A stretch of 63,901 nt of DNA, filler included, from Sphacelaria rigidula (Eukaryota): NCBI GenBank assembly GCA_964200075.2. It is 9 parts of 9 records of this genome, joined end to end, with 100 filler letters (N's around TTAATTAATTAA, not from the genome) between each part and the next. Parts side by side here need not be neighbours in the genome. Positions count along the whole stretch, not along the records: positions 7,113 to 14,124 come from CAXNAA020016958.1; positions 14,225 to 21,235 come from CAXNAA020016959.1; positions 21,336 to 28,346 come from CAXNAA020016960.1; 6 more parts are not named here. One strand, given 5' to 3'. This document shows, in pieces, positions 11,988-25,369 of this stretch. Within the stretch, counting starts at the first letter, position 1. Every line of letters starts with the position of its first letter. The position numbers and the translations under genes are program-made. The notes under the pieces are model-generated. The model was not told the origin of the DNA. It searched no databases and worked only from the letters and a program-made list of their open reading frames with translations.

Positions 11988-12690
11988 ACCGCATGTTTTC
12001 GAGTCGGAAAACACTTGAGAAGACACGGCCTCAGGTCAACTCTAATGGGAGCCGTTCAAAATTCCTGTTGAAAACTTCCTTTTGGGTCCTTTTCCGTCGA
12101 TTCACGCCCGATAACAGGGCTACGCGGATGTTGACGCCTTGGCATGACTTGCTCTACTCGTCGAGACCGTTCCAGGTCAACTTCGCTTTTCCCGCTGGCC
12201 GCAGTTTGGTTTTGGCCAAACCAAGTCAAACACGAATTTACAGTGAAAAACGGTCAGGTGATCATAATTTCCCTCTGTTTTTTTAACGCTTGACCGTTGT
12301 TTATTGAAAATCCGTGCTTGGGCAAAACTAAAAGTGCAGCCAGCGGGAAATGCAAAGTTGCCCTCGAAACATGTAAATGAGTATAGTCATGCCAAAGCGC
12401 CAATATCCGCCTAGCCCTCTTTTCAGGCGTAAAACGACGTAAAAGGGCCAAAAGGCTGTTTCGAACAGGATTTTTGAAAGGCTGCCATTAGGGTCGGTCT
12501 CAGGCCCCGTCTTAGCACGTGGGTTTTCGATCGGAAAAGTGCGGTGGAAAACAAAAACCCTGATCTGATAGGGGTAATTTCCACCATCGTTTACTTTGAA
12601 GATAGTTGAAATCATGACCTATCAGATCAGGATTTTTGTTCTTCACCGCACTTTTTCGATCGAAAACTCATGTGCCAAGACAGGCCCTCA
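11988..12690. repeat. Foldback array of two overlapping long inverted repeats
   Basis: 11988-12260 is the reverse complement of 12285-12545; 12500-12590 is the reverse complement of 12600-12690. Confidence 0.85.
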
Positions 12691-12724
12691 GTATACGGAA
12701 AAAGATAAAACACTCGGCAGGCAA

Positions 12725-13400
12725 GGAATCATCCTTCAAGAGCAGCGTCTCACCGTGGTACCCTAGGGTATAATGCAGTGCAGTACACTGCACAATCATA
12801 GTACACTGCACAATCACAGTACACGATAATGCCATGTGGCAATGCATGTTTGTACAGTCGGTATTGCGAGAACAGTGCACAGTACGCGACAAGAGTTCAC
12901 GAGTGCAGTGCCATTCATCACTCTGCAAGTACAGCGACAGCAGAGTGTAGGATATTACAGTACCGTTCGTTGTGATGACACATACAGCAGTACAGCGCAG
13001 CATAAAACATTGCCATCGCCGCAGGGTGCAACGTCAACACTTATTCTTATCCGCTTGTCGAACCCCGTGCGAAGCTGCTCCAGCAGCCGGCGCTCGCAGA
13101 CACGGTCTGTGATGTCGCGAGACTGTCTGCTGCTGTTGTTGGAAAAATGTAAACACCTGTTGCCTTATCATCGTACGTCAACATACGTACGTAATTTCCT
13201 GCAGATTCGGGGGACCTCGATATTTCACGGATCTACGCTCAGTTGGTGTAAAACCGTTCTCATATCGTGACAAACGAATCCCAGCTTTCCCAATTTGGGC
13301 CAAATTGGGGTCCATACAATGCGTTTCCGGGCCTGAGGTCCCTCGATCTGCATACAGATCCGTTCTTGTGACTGCCGTACAATACGGTCTTAGGGAGGCC
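12725..13400 (+). repeat. ~650-bp dispersed repeat with a homologue at about 24240-24860 on another contig
   Basis: Collinear blocks include GATAATGCC.TGTGG, GTACAGTCGGTAT, CCATCGCCGCAGGGT, ATCCGCTT.TC.AACCCCGTGCGAA and GAGACTGTCTGCTGCTG. Confidence 0.85.
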
Positions 13401-15899
13401 ATTCCATGCAATTGAACCGAAACGCGTGCTTGAGTGCTTTCGGTGTACGTACGGAGAAACGTACAGTCCCTCTGTGCTCCTCTTGTCAAATCTAGAATCT
13501 TCCCAGAGGAACTGCTGTGGTCCGTTAGGGCCGCTTCTTATAGATACTTGGACCTTCTTGGACCTTCCATCACGGATTATTGGCGGAATACGGGCCTTCG
13601 CGGATTGGGCTTCCTCGGAGAGATTTACTATATTTTTCACGAGGATTCCAGCGCCCGTGTCCGATCTTTCGTACGCCCAACTTAACTGTTGGCCGGGTTT
13701 CTTCAGTCATGCAAAAAAACTTCGAGTTGTCGGGAAAAAGTACGTATTTTTTTCCGACAACGGGACGATATTGGGGGCGACTGAAAAAATTCAGGATCCG
13801 GTCAGAAGTAAAACTGGGCGTTTAAACAATCGGAAAAGTAAGCAGAATCCTCGTGAAACATGTAGCAAATCTTTCCGAGGAGGCCGAATCCGTCAAGGCC
13901 CGCATTCCGTCGATATGAAAGGTTCAAAAGGGTGGTTCTCAGAAATTTTCTTGTAGACTGAAAAAAAAAAGTAATTTTGGACGACTTTTCTCGGAGACTT
14001 TCTCCAGGGAAACCAGTTTCCAGAACCCCACCTTTTAGTCTACGAAAAAATCCTGGGGACTTTTACACCCGAGGCCATCATCTAGCCTGCGTGCGACGCT
14101 GGTAGTGGTCATCATTTGCATTTTNNNNNNNNNNNNNNNNNNNNNNNNNNNNNNNNNNNNNNNNNNNNTTAATTAATTAANNNNNNNNNNNNNNNNNNNN
14201 NNNNNNNNNNNNNNNNNNNNNNNNGTTGCTTTATTTTCTGGTATCGCCACTTCCTGAGACAGCCACGGCTTATGCACTGCCTCACGGGTGTCTCACCATT
14301 GTAACACTACGGGGTACGATCATCCCTTCTGCGCGGAGTTAAGGTTCTCCCACCCCGCACGAAATGATGTGGCTCGACAACCCTGATGTTCACCGCAAAA
14401 AAACGCAAGCTCATAAGAAAAATCGGTAATCCGGCTGCCTCGCTGACGCAGTAAGTGGCGTATTCTACAGCGTCATCGCCAACCGACGCCAACCTCATCG
14501 GGGGTCCGCCCATACAAAGCCGGGACGGAGCACGCTGGGTTCTCGCCGGACCAGGCTGTCGCTGTCGGGGGGGGGGGAAATGTTCGGCGTATCTAGATAC
14601 AGCACTGTGGGTACCAACACAGTGCAACACACGGTCGATCGTCCGGTGGTGCAATTCAGGTAGAGGTTGTTATTAAACGTACGGGTGCTGAGAATGTGTC
14701 ACAGCCGCCGCACTGTAATGCTTCCTCTATAAACGGTACGCTTGATACCGGTTTGGGCGAACGGTGGAGAGGGTTTGATTCCCGACAGATTCGAGCTTTT
14801 TTTTTTTCTTGTGTTTTTCAGGGAAGAATAAGGTTTTCCGTTGTTGGAAACGTGGGGACGCCAGCCGCCATGAGCGAAAAGAAAACGACAAGAGAGTTGA
14901 CGAGGTGCCCGGGTGCTAACGGTCATGATCCCATCCGCGATACCAAGTTTCAGGAAGGTGCACAGCACCTGGGGGGGGGGAGTACTCATGATCATGCATG
15001 CCATAGTCATAAGACCATTGACACAGCACCTGGGGGAAGATGGATGGGTTCATCCCTCCAGACTACGCAGTAGTCCCGAGAAAGGAGAGTGGGGAGTCGG
15101 ACGTACGACGGGAAGAAAAAAAATTAAACCAAAAAAATGCCGCATACCTTCAAGAGCGGGGTCTTAAGGCAGCCCATGTGTGTGGATACTGGGCAGGACT
15201 GGCCGTCGCAGAGCAGGAGCTGGTTGGATGGGCCCTTCCCTCCTTGCTGCTGACACACGTTGCAGGTGCCCCGCCTGCGATTCATGAATGGAGGATATTT
15301 AGAGAAAAAACAAAAAAACGGAACACAAGATATGAAAAAAAAAAACAGGAAAATAGACAAAAACTCGTAACACAATGAGACGAAAATTTTGTCCTCCCAA
15401 GAAAAATAATACTGTAATCAGTACTGGAGAATCATTAAAGTGGGTGAATAACCATTTTTTTCCAAGTACAATCCGAAACGAAGGAAGACTGTTTTTATTT
15501 CACGAATAAGCAAGTAAATATGAAATGAAAAACTGAACATGAGAAGGGTAGGTAAAACGAAGCAAAGAAGCAACAACTATAGAAAAAAAGGGGAAAAAAA
15601 CGGGGTTTGCAATTGAGCGGGAAGAGACAACGAGACATCTTCGATTCATCTACAGCTGTTTCTCCTACTTTCCCTCCACCCCCTAGTTACACAGTACCCA
15701 CTTCCCACCATCACGGCATACCGAACCTATCCTTCATGTACTACACACCGGGCACGCGCAAGATAAAAACTACGAGGTAGGGACGATACTTTTGTCTGAG
15801 ACCCTTTGAACGCGAGAGCGGGATTATTTGAGTCTGTCACTCTCATTCTTCAAAATCGATTCAACGAGCAGATCATCTACCCCGACAGTGGAGTGTGAA

Positions 15900-16278
15900 C
15901 GTGTGTGTGAGTGTGTGTGTGGGGGGGGGTGCTGTGTTTTGCCATCCCATCTATTCCACACGCCAGTCCGCACCTTTCGGTATATGTGGGCGCATCATCC
16001 GGGGTCACACGGGATGGTGGTCAGCCAACACAGGAGCTTTTACTTTTCATTAAGTTTTAGTTTTTTCCACCTCCCTTGTGCAGTGCATGCCGTTTTTACT
16101 TATCGCGAGATGGGCTCAGCAGTCCCTTTCGTCGACCGTGAAGTCGAACGTTGTGTATCCACTATTAGGCACGATGTGACAAAAAATCCCAGATCGTGTG
16201 ACAGCACCGAGATTCGAACCCACGTACCAACCGTCAGAGGGTTTCGAGGTTACCACCTGAGACATCGGGGCGACCGGC
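15900..16278 (-). mobile_element. tRNA-derived SINE with a (CA)n-type tail; copies at 48459-48802(-) and 56725-56790 (partial)
   Basis: Minus-strand head GCCGGTCGCCCCG, A box (TGGCTCAGTTGG in the 48.8 kb copy), B box GGTTCGAATC; shared body; ends in an AC microsatellite. Confidence 0.85.
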
Positions 16279-17547
16279 AAACGGTTGATTGAAAAAGACG
16301 ACCGGAATAAGTACGTGTAAAAACTACTCCCTCACTCAGACCCGTGGTCAGGTGACACAGGAGAAGATTCACCAGCAGATAACGCCAACCTGTAACAACG
16401 CCAACCCCCGCAACATCCTAAATATGCTCACTGCTTCACTCTCTGATCGACAGACGCGTGAAAATTGCCCGACCACATCCGAGACGCCAAACCCGAAAGA
16501 AAATAAAGATACAACACGTGGAAGAAGACGGGTGGTTTGGAGCATGGATTCATTCCTCCAGCTCCAACCGCCGCTGCAATACACAGCACTCCCAGGAAAA
16601 CGAATCAGAGGTGGGGGTGGATTACGACATTTTTTTTTATCAAACATGAGGACAACGACATGCTAACGTGCTCACAAGGGCGCCGATGGGTCGAACGGTG
16701 GGTGACCCCCGGATGCCACAAGACCCGCATTGGCCGCAGCTTGTTCGTTGGCTCTCCTGATCGACTCTCCATGCGGACTGTCCATCAGCAATCCCTGGTT
16801 CGTGAGGGTAGCGTCCGCAGGACAAAAAAACGAACACATTTTCAGAGAGATTTCGTTCGGTTGCATTCCGTCGCGCCCTTCTTCGCCTCTTCTATTCATT
16901 TCTATCCTATTATCTCCGTTCTACTCCTTCGCTTGAGCTCACTCCGTTGTATTTCCTATTTATCGAGCTGTTTTATTTTTTCGTGTAGCGAGTGTTTCCC
17001 GCTCATTTGTTCATGTTTGGCTCGAGTACGTATGAAAACTTCCACGACACTTACGCGAGTGGATCATGTTTCCTATCGTATCAGTTGAGGTGTGATAATG
17101 GATCAGTCGATCAATTGTTCAGTTGAGAACTACTGGTGCCACTTACGAGACCATAAAGCTGCACGGTTAACTAGGTGGCACTAATTGTCTCTTCTCCGTG
17201 AAAATAATGGTATCTCATTTCCGCGTCTTGAACAACAGACCAAAAACTACTGCACTTTCACGTCTGACAAATACAACTCTCAGGTAAGCCAACTCACAAG
17301 CTGTGCTCGACCAACAAATGGCGTTTTTATATTCAGGTCTTCGAAACAGCACTTTCCCCGTTGGAAAATACAAATCAAGATTCGATAAAAACAAAAACCC
17401 AATCATCAACGCATTCTCTGAGATCGAAGGGGATGGCACGTATGCCAGCACAACACCTTGTGCGTACAGTGAATCGTTGTCAAGGAGATAGATGCCTGTG
17501 GGCTAGGCTTCGCCTTCGAAGGCCCCTCGATTATTGCCCTACAAACC

Positions 17548-17697
17548 ATCCCGCTTTGGAACACCCCGCCTTAGAATATACCACTTCAGGACACCCCACT
17601 TGGACAAAACTTGCCTTGCAACATCCCCTCTCAGAAACACCCCGCTTTCGAAACACCCCCGCGATAATGTTTCCCCTCTGGGACACCCCGCTTTGTT
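17548..17697. repeat. Degenerate ~15-16 bp minisatellite (ACACCCCGCTTT-like)
   Basis: ACACCCCGC/ACATCCCC units recur at short regular spacing. Confidence 0.6.
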
Positions 17698-18276
17698 GTG
17701 GCGGTTCGCAACGTGGCTCACCTCGCACGCACGACACGGTTGAGGGTTCGCCACCAAGTGTCGCTCCATTGCTCTAGCCTCTTTCCTCCTCTCGCCCAGC
17801 CTCTCTCGGTAGCTGCACGAGGGCGACGCCGGGACAAAAAATCGGGATCCAGTTCGATGTTCGGCAACAGGCGACCAACAGCGCAAGTGGTTTTCGGGGA
17901 GAGGGGTCTCCTCGTTCGTTGCTTGCGTTAGTCGTTTGACCATTCACGACGCATCACATTCGAGACGGAGCAAGAAGGGGGGGGAGGTTGGTACATGCAT
18001 TGTGGGCCTCTGTTTCATTTCGAGCACTCCTTCAGGGTCCATCGGGGGTTTGTATTATTCGTTTGCTTTCAAGATGTGCGTGTTTCGTGCTCTTCGTAAC
18101 TACGACGGGGAGCTGATGTGGGCTCCGCTGTTGGTATCACAGATGTCTTCATGTCAGTCACCTAGAGATGCGAATATTTGTTTGACAGCTGAGGGTGCCG
18201 CAACAATACGTATACCTCTCTCATGATACGGCTATTGCCGTTCGACATTTCCCCCGTTTCTGCCACCTTCTCATAT

Positions 18277-18307
<31 letters not shown>

Positions 18308-19049
18308 CCTAGCGTAGGGACACATGGGAGGGAAACAGCTTGTGCCGATCGACTGGCACGTCTATGCGGGGACACTCACCTATGACTGCAGGGGTTGCAT
18401 AAGCCCCATTCATCCGTGGAATGCCCCTCGCAGCCGGGGGTAATACACTTCAAATTCTTCCCCTTATCTCCTATTCGCTTTGTTGCCTTCGGGGGTCTTC
18501 GAGAGCAGAGCAACAAGCGAGGACGACGCAAAAACAAGTTTTTTATCACCGTTTCAGGCAAGAGAGCCACATACACGGGGCCTCGGGACCCTCCCCCTCC
18601 CCGTCCAACACGGAAAGTCAAATCATATGCTTGTAGCAAGGGCAAAAGGCATCTGAAAAAATGACATACATATCTTCTTTATTTTTGTTACTGGACGCAT
18701 ACTGAGTAATCTTGATTCGTTTGATTGAAACGCACCTCTCCTGGAATATAAGTAAACTTTTCCTGCATCTATCTCGTGACAAACTACTGCCGCTGAATTC
18801 GTAACGGACTAATTGTTGAGCGACAACTGAGAAATCAAGCGAACGGGCAATCAGGCAATCGACCAAGCAGTCAAACTTTCATTACCCAGGCAGCATGTGC
18901 ATGTGCACGAAAGCACAAGCCCACTGTTCATTCCTCATTTTCCAATAACGCTCTCTCGACCAACGAAAACCGAGGAAAAAACGAGGGGAAAGAAAGAGAA
19001 AAAGACACCGTTGAACACGAGATACCTACCCACCAAAACGGTGTCCAAG

Positions 19050-19740
19050 AGACCTCCGCAGCCGAAGGATTACATCATTTAGGACGGTAAAACATCCGAC
19101 CTCGACTGGACTCGATGTTAGATCAAAGGCCCGTCTTCACGCAACCCGAAATAGAATCTACATCGTTCGCGACTCCCGCCGTATGATGGATAGATGCCCG
19201 TCAGCTCATCACGGGGTAGCAGCTACCGGTCACAGGGTGGCTGATACCAGTCACAGATTTTGGCGAACAAACGGGTGCGTTTGTGCCAACATTCGCATGT
19301 TGTTCGCACTGTTTCTACATGAGACTGGCCATGAAAAAACGAACGCTCGAACTCCCCCCAAAAGGTCAATTTTCTCGAGGGAGCTTCGGGCCTGACGGAA
19401 TTCTCAACCATTTCACCACCGGAGGTGGTTCATTTGTGAGGCGGCATCACTTTTACTTGGACAAGGAATAAAATGATGTCGATTGACAAATGGACCACCT
19501 TCGGCGGTCAAAGAGCCAAGTTGAAGGTGGGCGAAAAGCAACAGCAAAGACACCGTTTTGTGCATAATCCGCGAAGGAGACGCATCGTAGCATGAGCGCA
19601 GGTGCGACGCTAGAAACACAACAAACACAAGTGTATCAAATACGCATGGAGCATAACAGGACTCAACGAAGACCATCCTTCATTATGCATATATGTTGAT
19701 ATGCGTATGTGTATGGACAGTTCGCAAAATGTTCCGAAAC
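19050..19740 (+). pseudogene. Possible piggyBac-like transposase relic (C-terminal part)
   Basis: SHRFWRTNGCVCANIRMLFALF (like WW.R.F..L.GM...NA) is followed by a Cys/His-rich segment (HRFVHNPRRRR..KCIKY..HPSLC); many stops. Confidence 0.3.
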
Positions 19741-20118
19741 GTAAGCACGCGGGCACCGCATGTCGCAGAGGTGATGTCCACTGGTTGTGTCTGTGAATAA
19801 AATCCAAGACACACACACTCGGAGGAGAATATCGGTCCGTTTCAAGAGTTATTTTTGTTTGGCCACGGATAGGACATGTCCCAACCGATTGGATCGACAT
19901 AACGCCCCCCTCCCCCCTCCCCCCGAACAAAATGGTGTTCCCAACTTGTTTCTTTCATCGACGTATTCATCCAGTAACGCCATGATAGCCATGCCTCAAA
20001 ATCCGCTCCGCTCAAGTACGCGTTGAGCCGAAAATTTATTTCCAATGACATGCCAGGTTTTCCCCCCACTCCCTACTGAACGCAATCTCTCCTTCAGAGT
20101 GAAAAAAACACGACTCAC

Positions 20119-21233
20119 GGTTCGCGCCTGCTGCTGCTATCCCGTGCACCGTACACGCCGCCCACACCAGTAGCACCACGGCTCCCATCGCCACTCTGCC
20201 CAGAAGTGCTACCGTCGTCGTCGACAGAGCGACGGTTGAGGCTGCGGTCACCGGGCTCCAGACCGCTGTTGCTGTCGCTGACCGGCTCACCGTCGAAGCT
20301 GGAATCCATGGAGTCGCCACCGATCGTATCGTCGAACAGATGGCAGTCATCATCGCTGCTGACCGGAAAACCGCCGTCACCGCCGCTGCCTACAACACCA
20401 GTAGCATCACTAGCACTGACGACAGTTCGACGCTCCGCACTAGCGTCATCTCCAGCACCAACGACGCTGTGTGCAGGCCGACGCCCAGCGCTACTTCTAT
20501 TGTCAACACCCACGGCCTTATCGCTGCTGATGCCACCACGACCGGGGGGTGCGCTATTTCCAACATCGCCGTCGCGAGTACGCGGAGTACCAGAACCGCG
20601 GGAGTCGGCACCACCGACGGCATTGTCGTTGCCGAAGGCGGTAGGCTTGGGGATGTCGGTAGGCTTGAGAGCGTCGGCAGGCTTGCGAACGTCTTTAGGC
20701 CTGGATATGTCGGCAGGCTTGCGGATATCGGTAGGCTTGGGAGCGTCGGCAGGCTTGGGAGCGTCGGCAGGCTTGGGAGCGTCCGCAGGCTTGGGGGTGT
20801 CAGCATGCCGGGGGGTGTTGGCAGGCTTGGGGATGTCGGCCGGCCGAGTGTTGTTGGCAGGCTTGGGAGCGTTGGCAGGCTTGGGGATGTCGGCAGGCCG
20901 AGTGGTGTTGGCAGGCTTGGAGATATTGGCAGGCCTGGGAATGTCGGCAGGCTTGGGAGCGTTGACAGGCTTGTTGATGTCGGCAGGCCGGGGGGTGCTG
21001 GCAGGCTTGGGGATGTCGGCAGGCCTGGGGTTGTCGGCAGGCTTGGGAGCGTTGGCAGGCTTGGGGGTGTCGGCAGGCCAGGGGGTGCTGGCAGGCTTGT
21101 TGATGTCGGCAGGCCGGGGGGTGCCGGCAGGCTTGTGGATGTCGGCAGGCCTGGGGTTGTCGGCAGGCTTGGGAGCGTTGGCAGGCTTGGGGATGTCGGC
21201 AGGCCGGGGGGTGCTGGCAGGCTTGTTGATGTC
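20119..21233 (-). CDS. Large exon (5' end lost at the contig edge): 33 x hexapeptide [D/N/S]-x-P-[K/R]-P-A, then a Gly/Ser/Asp-rich disordered region
   Basis: Frame is open from 21233 to the TGA at 20117-20115 (372 codons), with GC-rich third positions. A perfect GTGAGT donor overlaps the TGA, so the exon is probably spliced onward. Confidence 0.7.
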
Positions 21234-21235
21234 GG
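20640..21235. repeat. 18-bp coding minisatellite, about 33 units
   Basis: GGCAGGCTTGGGGATGTC-type units in phase, without indels. Confidence 0.97.
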
Positions 21236-21766
21236 NNNNNNNNNNNNNNNNNNNNNNNNNNNNNNNNNNNNNNNNNNNNTTAATTAATTAANNNNNNNNN
21301 NNNNNNNNNNNNNNNNNNNNNNNNNNNNNNNNNNNGTCACGAGTCGACTCATCATACTAAAACCAAGTAATTTCCAGACGAATCATTATTTGTCCGACCG
21401 TTGAACTGGTCCATTGTGATGAGCATGACAGTTGTGATGGATGTTCCACTTTGCTTGTTAGGGTGCGTTGATTTGTGACCGGGCTGTGGCAGTGGTGGTG
21501 GGGTGTCGGTAGTTCATTTTCGTCCTGCGGTGAAGGCTGAAGAGGCGCATCGGATTTCAAAGTGGCGTGCCCCAAACAGGACTCTGGCGCTGAGAAGTTG
21601 ACTCTTTTCACAGTGCAACATATACCGTCACCGGCTTTTCTCCCTTCCACTCGGACTCTTGCACGCAAAAAAAAAAAATCAGGAGATGTCTGATAATAAT
21701 TATCTGATCGACCACGTGTGGGTGGTCTGAAAAACTAAGCGTGCTCATGAAAACACTGATGTAAAT

Positions 21767-21802
21767 GTAAGCTGTAAGCTGTAAGCTGTAAGCTGTAAGC
21801 TG
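21767..21802. repeat. (TGTAAGC)n heptamer microsatellite
   Basis: About five tandem units. Confidence 0.9.
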
Positions 21803-24800
21803 AAGCGAGTAAATAAATCATATGCGAATTCCTTGATGATGCGTACGACATACAATATTTGTGAACCCGATTGTGATGGGATACTACAATCAATGGTTTA
21901 AATAGCCCATGACTATGTAGGACACGGTCCAATTAATTTCATATACTTTGCATTGTGGTATACGAAGTTGTACAGCAATGTATTATGAGAGGAGTAACAC
22001 ATAGCAATCAACCGTGAAAAAAAGTAGATATGTACGGAGTATAACACAACATATGAATATGTCCATGATATGTACATCGGTGTGCCGGTGTGTCCGGGCC
22101 AAAATGGCATCATTATTGGATGAAAGGAACATGACCAAGCATAATTCCCACGCGGCGAGCAAAAATCGAGCATAGCTTCGTTGAGAATGCGAGCATGAAT
22201 CGAGCATAATTTCCGCTCTGCGAGCAACGCTTTCGGTGAGATTACAAGCATAAAAAAATGACTTCGCCATCATGGTAAGCAGAAGCCTAAATTAGACCCG
22301 CATTTTTCTGACGTGGTTTGCGTTGCTTGCACCAACTTCACCACCGGCGCGTGGCAGTGAATGAAACGTGTGAACTGGTGCCTGCTGGCCTTCTGCAGCA
22401 TTTAAACGGTCGTTCCATTTCATTTGATACCGGGTTGAACGCTTGTGTACTTTCCTAGATGGCGGATATCGCGAGATATGGGCTGGAGCCTGGTCATTTC
22501 ATCTCATTTTCCGCGGGAAGACTACAGCACACAGCGAGTATCGCCGATTACAAAAACGGTTCAGTTGTATCACATGTCAGGAGCTTAGTATAATCGACGT
22601 TCTAGAGTAAGATCAGGGGACGTGGGACGAGGGAAGGCAGGGTTCGCCAGTGCTTTGGTCTTCGAACCCCCCCCCCCGCGGAGCAGCACCATGGTGTTGT
22701 CAGAGACTTCAATTCTCGCTATGCATCACTCCCCACGTCCCTATTGCAACGAACATGGCCTCAAGATCATCGGTGCAAAAGGTTTGGCGGGTCCATTTAT
22801 TTTTCAAACACCTTTGTTCAAGCTGTGTCGGGGAAAATGATTCCAAAATATCATCCACTTGATTTTAGCATAACTGTGCGAACGCATCTACGTGCTTGAT
22901 ACCGCTGTGCTGATACCAAGTGGATAATTATTTGGCGCTATGCAGTCCATTGGAAGAGGAAAAATAAGCCCGTGATCTCCAAAACAATGAGAAATCCATT
23001 ACGAAATATTAGACGGAGTTTCATCTATGCCGTGAGTTAAACAACGCGACAGAGGTTGAACAACCTTGCAAATTACCGGGACGCAAGGCGTACTTGACTT
23101 AGTCTCAGTACAGCCCGTATCCAACACTGTACAACGCTGTACTGGTTATCAAAAACAAAGAAGTACATGACGTGAGAGATAGGTGGAAGCACAACACAAA
23201 GCGAAACTGTACACCGTGAATGTGGGCACTATGAGGCCCAGATAGCTTGGACTCCCCAGCAAGAGCCATGTGCGGCGAAAACGGTGTGCTCATTATGTTG
23301 CTTTTCGTTGTCGTTTCGACCGCATGTTCTTTGCGTCCACATCGTTCACGTACTTGACGATATGTTTACCGTTACGGAGCCAACTAACACAGCTCAACAC
23401 GAGCTGTGTAGCCAAGACACATGGCTATCTGTGCTGTTCAATGCTGTTGTGAAACACGTATGCCGTAAATAAATAGTCGGAGGTGAAGTCGAGAGCACGT
23501 CCAGCAAACATCGCACCATTTACCGAGTTTATGAACACATCCTCGGCCACAAACGATGACTTTCAATAGGTGCTACTCGCATGTGCAGAGATACTGCGCT
23601 CTGTTTCATTTTGCGATCGCGCCTCGGACGGGTGGAATGAAATATGAATTTCGGACTTGTACAGACATCTACACCCGGTGATGGTGCTTTCGACCACACA
23701 CCCATCGCCATTCCGAGCATTTTGGGCTCACAATTTTCAATTAAAATATGCTTTATCAAGTTCGTTGACTTTGTGGTGTCTTGTTTCCTAGGGGGTGTTG
23801 AATAAGGTGACCCCATCGCCGGCGAAACTCAGAGCGGTCGCGTCTCGGAACGGCAGAGAGGGAATACTTATGTTGTACAAACACCGATATCTGGTGTTGG
23901 TGCTTTCGACGTTGAAAAATTGGTGCCGGAATCTCACCCGCAATTGCACCTATATTTCCAGAGCCTGGGCCTACGCGGAAGGATGTGGGGTGGCAAGACT
24001 TTCGAGTAATCTCCTGTGTCCAATATTTCAGATCTCTGGGTCAGACTAACTTCTATGGGAACGAATATCGATCCTGCGGAGACCCCAATCTGTGAAAAAT
24101 CGGTGGGACCCATCTTTGCGAAGATCTGTGGGGATCGTTTAATAGTCTCACAGGTTTGTGAAATAGTTCTGTACACGGACACTCATTTATATTAGTGTGG
24201 TATCGCGTGCTTGTGAAGCCGAAGAGTAGGCAGGCGGCGAGTAATCCTCCGAGTACAGTGTCGTACCATGGTACCGTAGGGTAATACAGTGTAGGGCACT
24301 CCATCGAAACAGTAGACGATAATGCCGTGTGGTAGTACATGATGGTACAGTCGGTATCGCGAGCGTCGTGAACGGTGTGCGAGAAGAGTTCAGTTGTGCA
24401 TTGTCATGCATCACCCTACAAGCACAGCGACAACAGCATAGGCTAGTACAGCGGCACTCGTTAGGGTGACACATACGGCAGCACAGTGCAGTATAAAATA
24501 TTACCATCGCCGCAGGGTAAGGCGTGAGCATTTATTATCCGCTTATCAAACCCCGTGCGAAACTACTCCAGCAACTGGCGCGGGCAGGCACGCCCTGTGT
24601 TGTCACGAGACTGTCTGCTGCTGCCGTTGCAAAAATATCAAACGCCTGTTTCCCTCTTACCGTACGTCAATGTACGTATGTCACTTTTCTCAAAAACGGG
24701 GATTTTTGCAAAAATCGGGAACAACAATCGGGAAAATCGTTCTCAAGGCGTGACATCTCTATTTTCGCTTCCCCGATTCGGGCTGTCTAGAATGTGTTCC

Positions 24801-25369
24801 TTTAGGCCCCCCGATCTGCCTCCAAATCGATACTGGTGACTGCCATAAAAGTTGGTCATACTGCGCTGACGACAACAGTTCCTTTTCCATCATATGGAAG
24901 CATTTAACTCGGAGACGTGGTGGGATCAGTACGTTCGAGCCATGTTACGCAGTTTCACTTCTCTAGTGCTCAGAGAGGAGGTCATGGTGAGAGCGGTGGG
25001 CACTGTCAGCACCAGCAGCTGGCTTCACGGGCCGCGATCCATGGTGGAGAAGGCCGCATCACGCACGAGATCCGTCACAGCACACATCGCAAGCGATTAG
25101 TGCTGAAAAGATGTCTGTATACGCTAGAACAGGGTGAAGTTGGTACAGGGTTCGCTAGATGCGGGCCCCACCCTGTGCGCATCGGCCTGGAAACGCAGAA
25201 GAATATACTGCTTGCTGTGTGCTCGACATTGTGCACCAACCGCAGCAGTGCCGCCGTGGGTGTAGGTGCCTACTCGCTGCACAGCGGCAGGGCGCACGGT
25301 GACATAGCACACCGCAGAAGGTCACATCCTTTCAGGCTGGTTCACCGAAAATACCAAAAAAACGCTCAT

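Noticed and set aside
20206-21291. Plus-strand 361-aa and 315-aa ORFs (GLGMSA / GRLGDV repeats)
   Set aside because: Probably antisense shadows of the stop-free 18-bp repeat; the minus frame has better codon bias and a splice donor.
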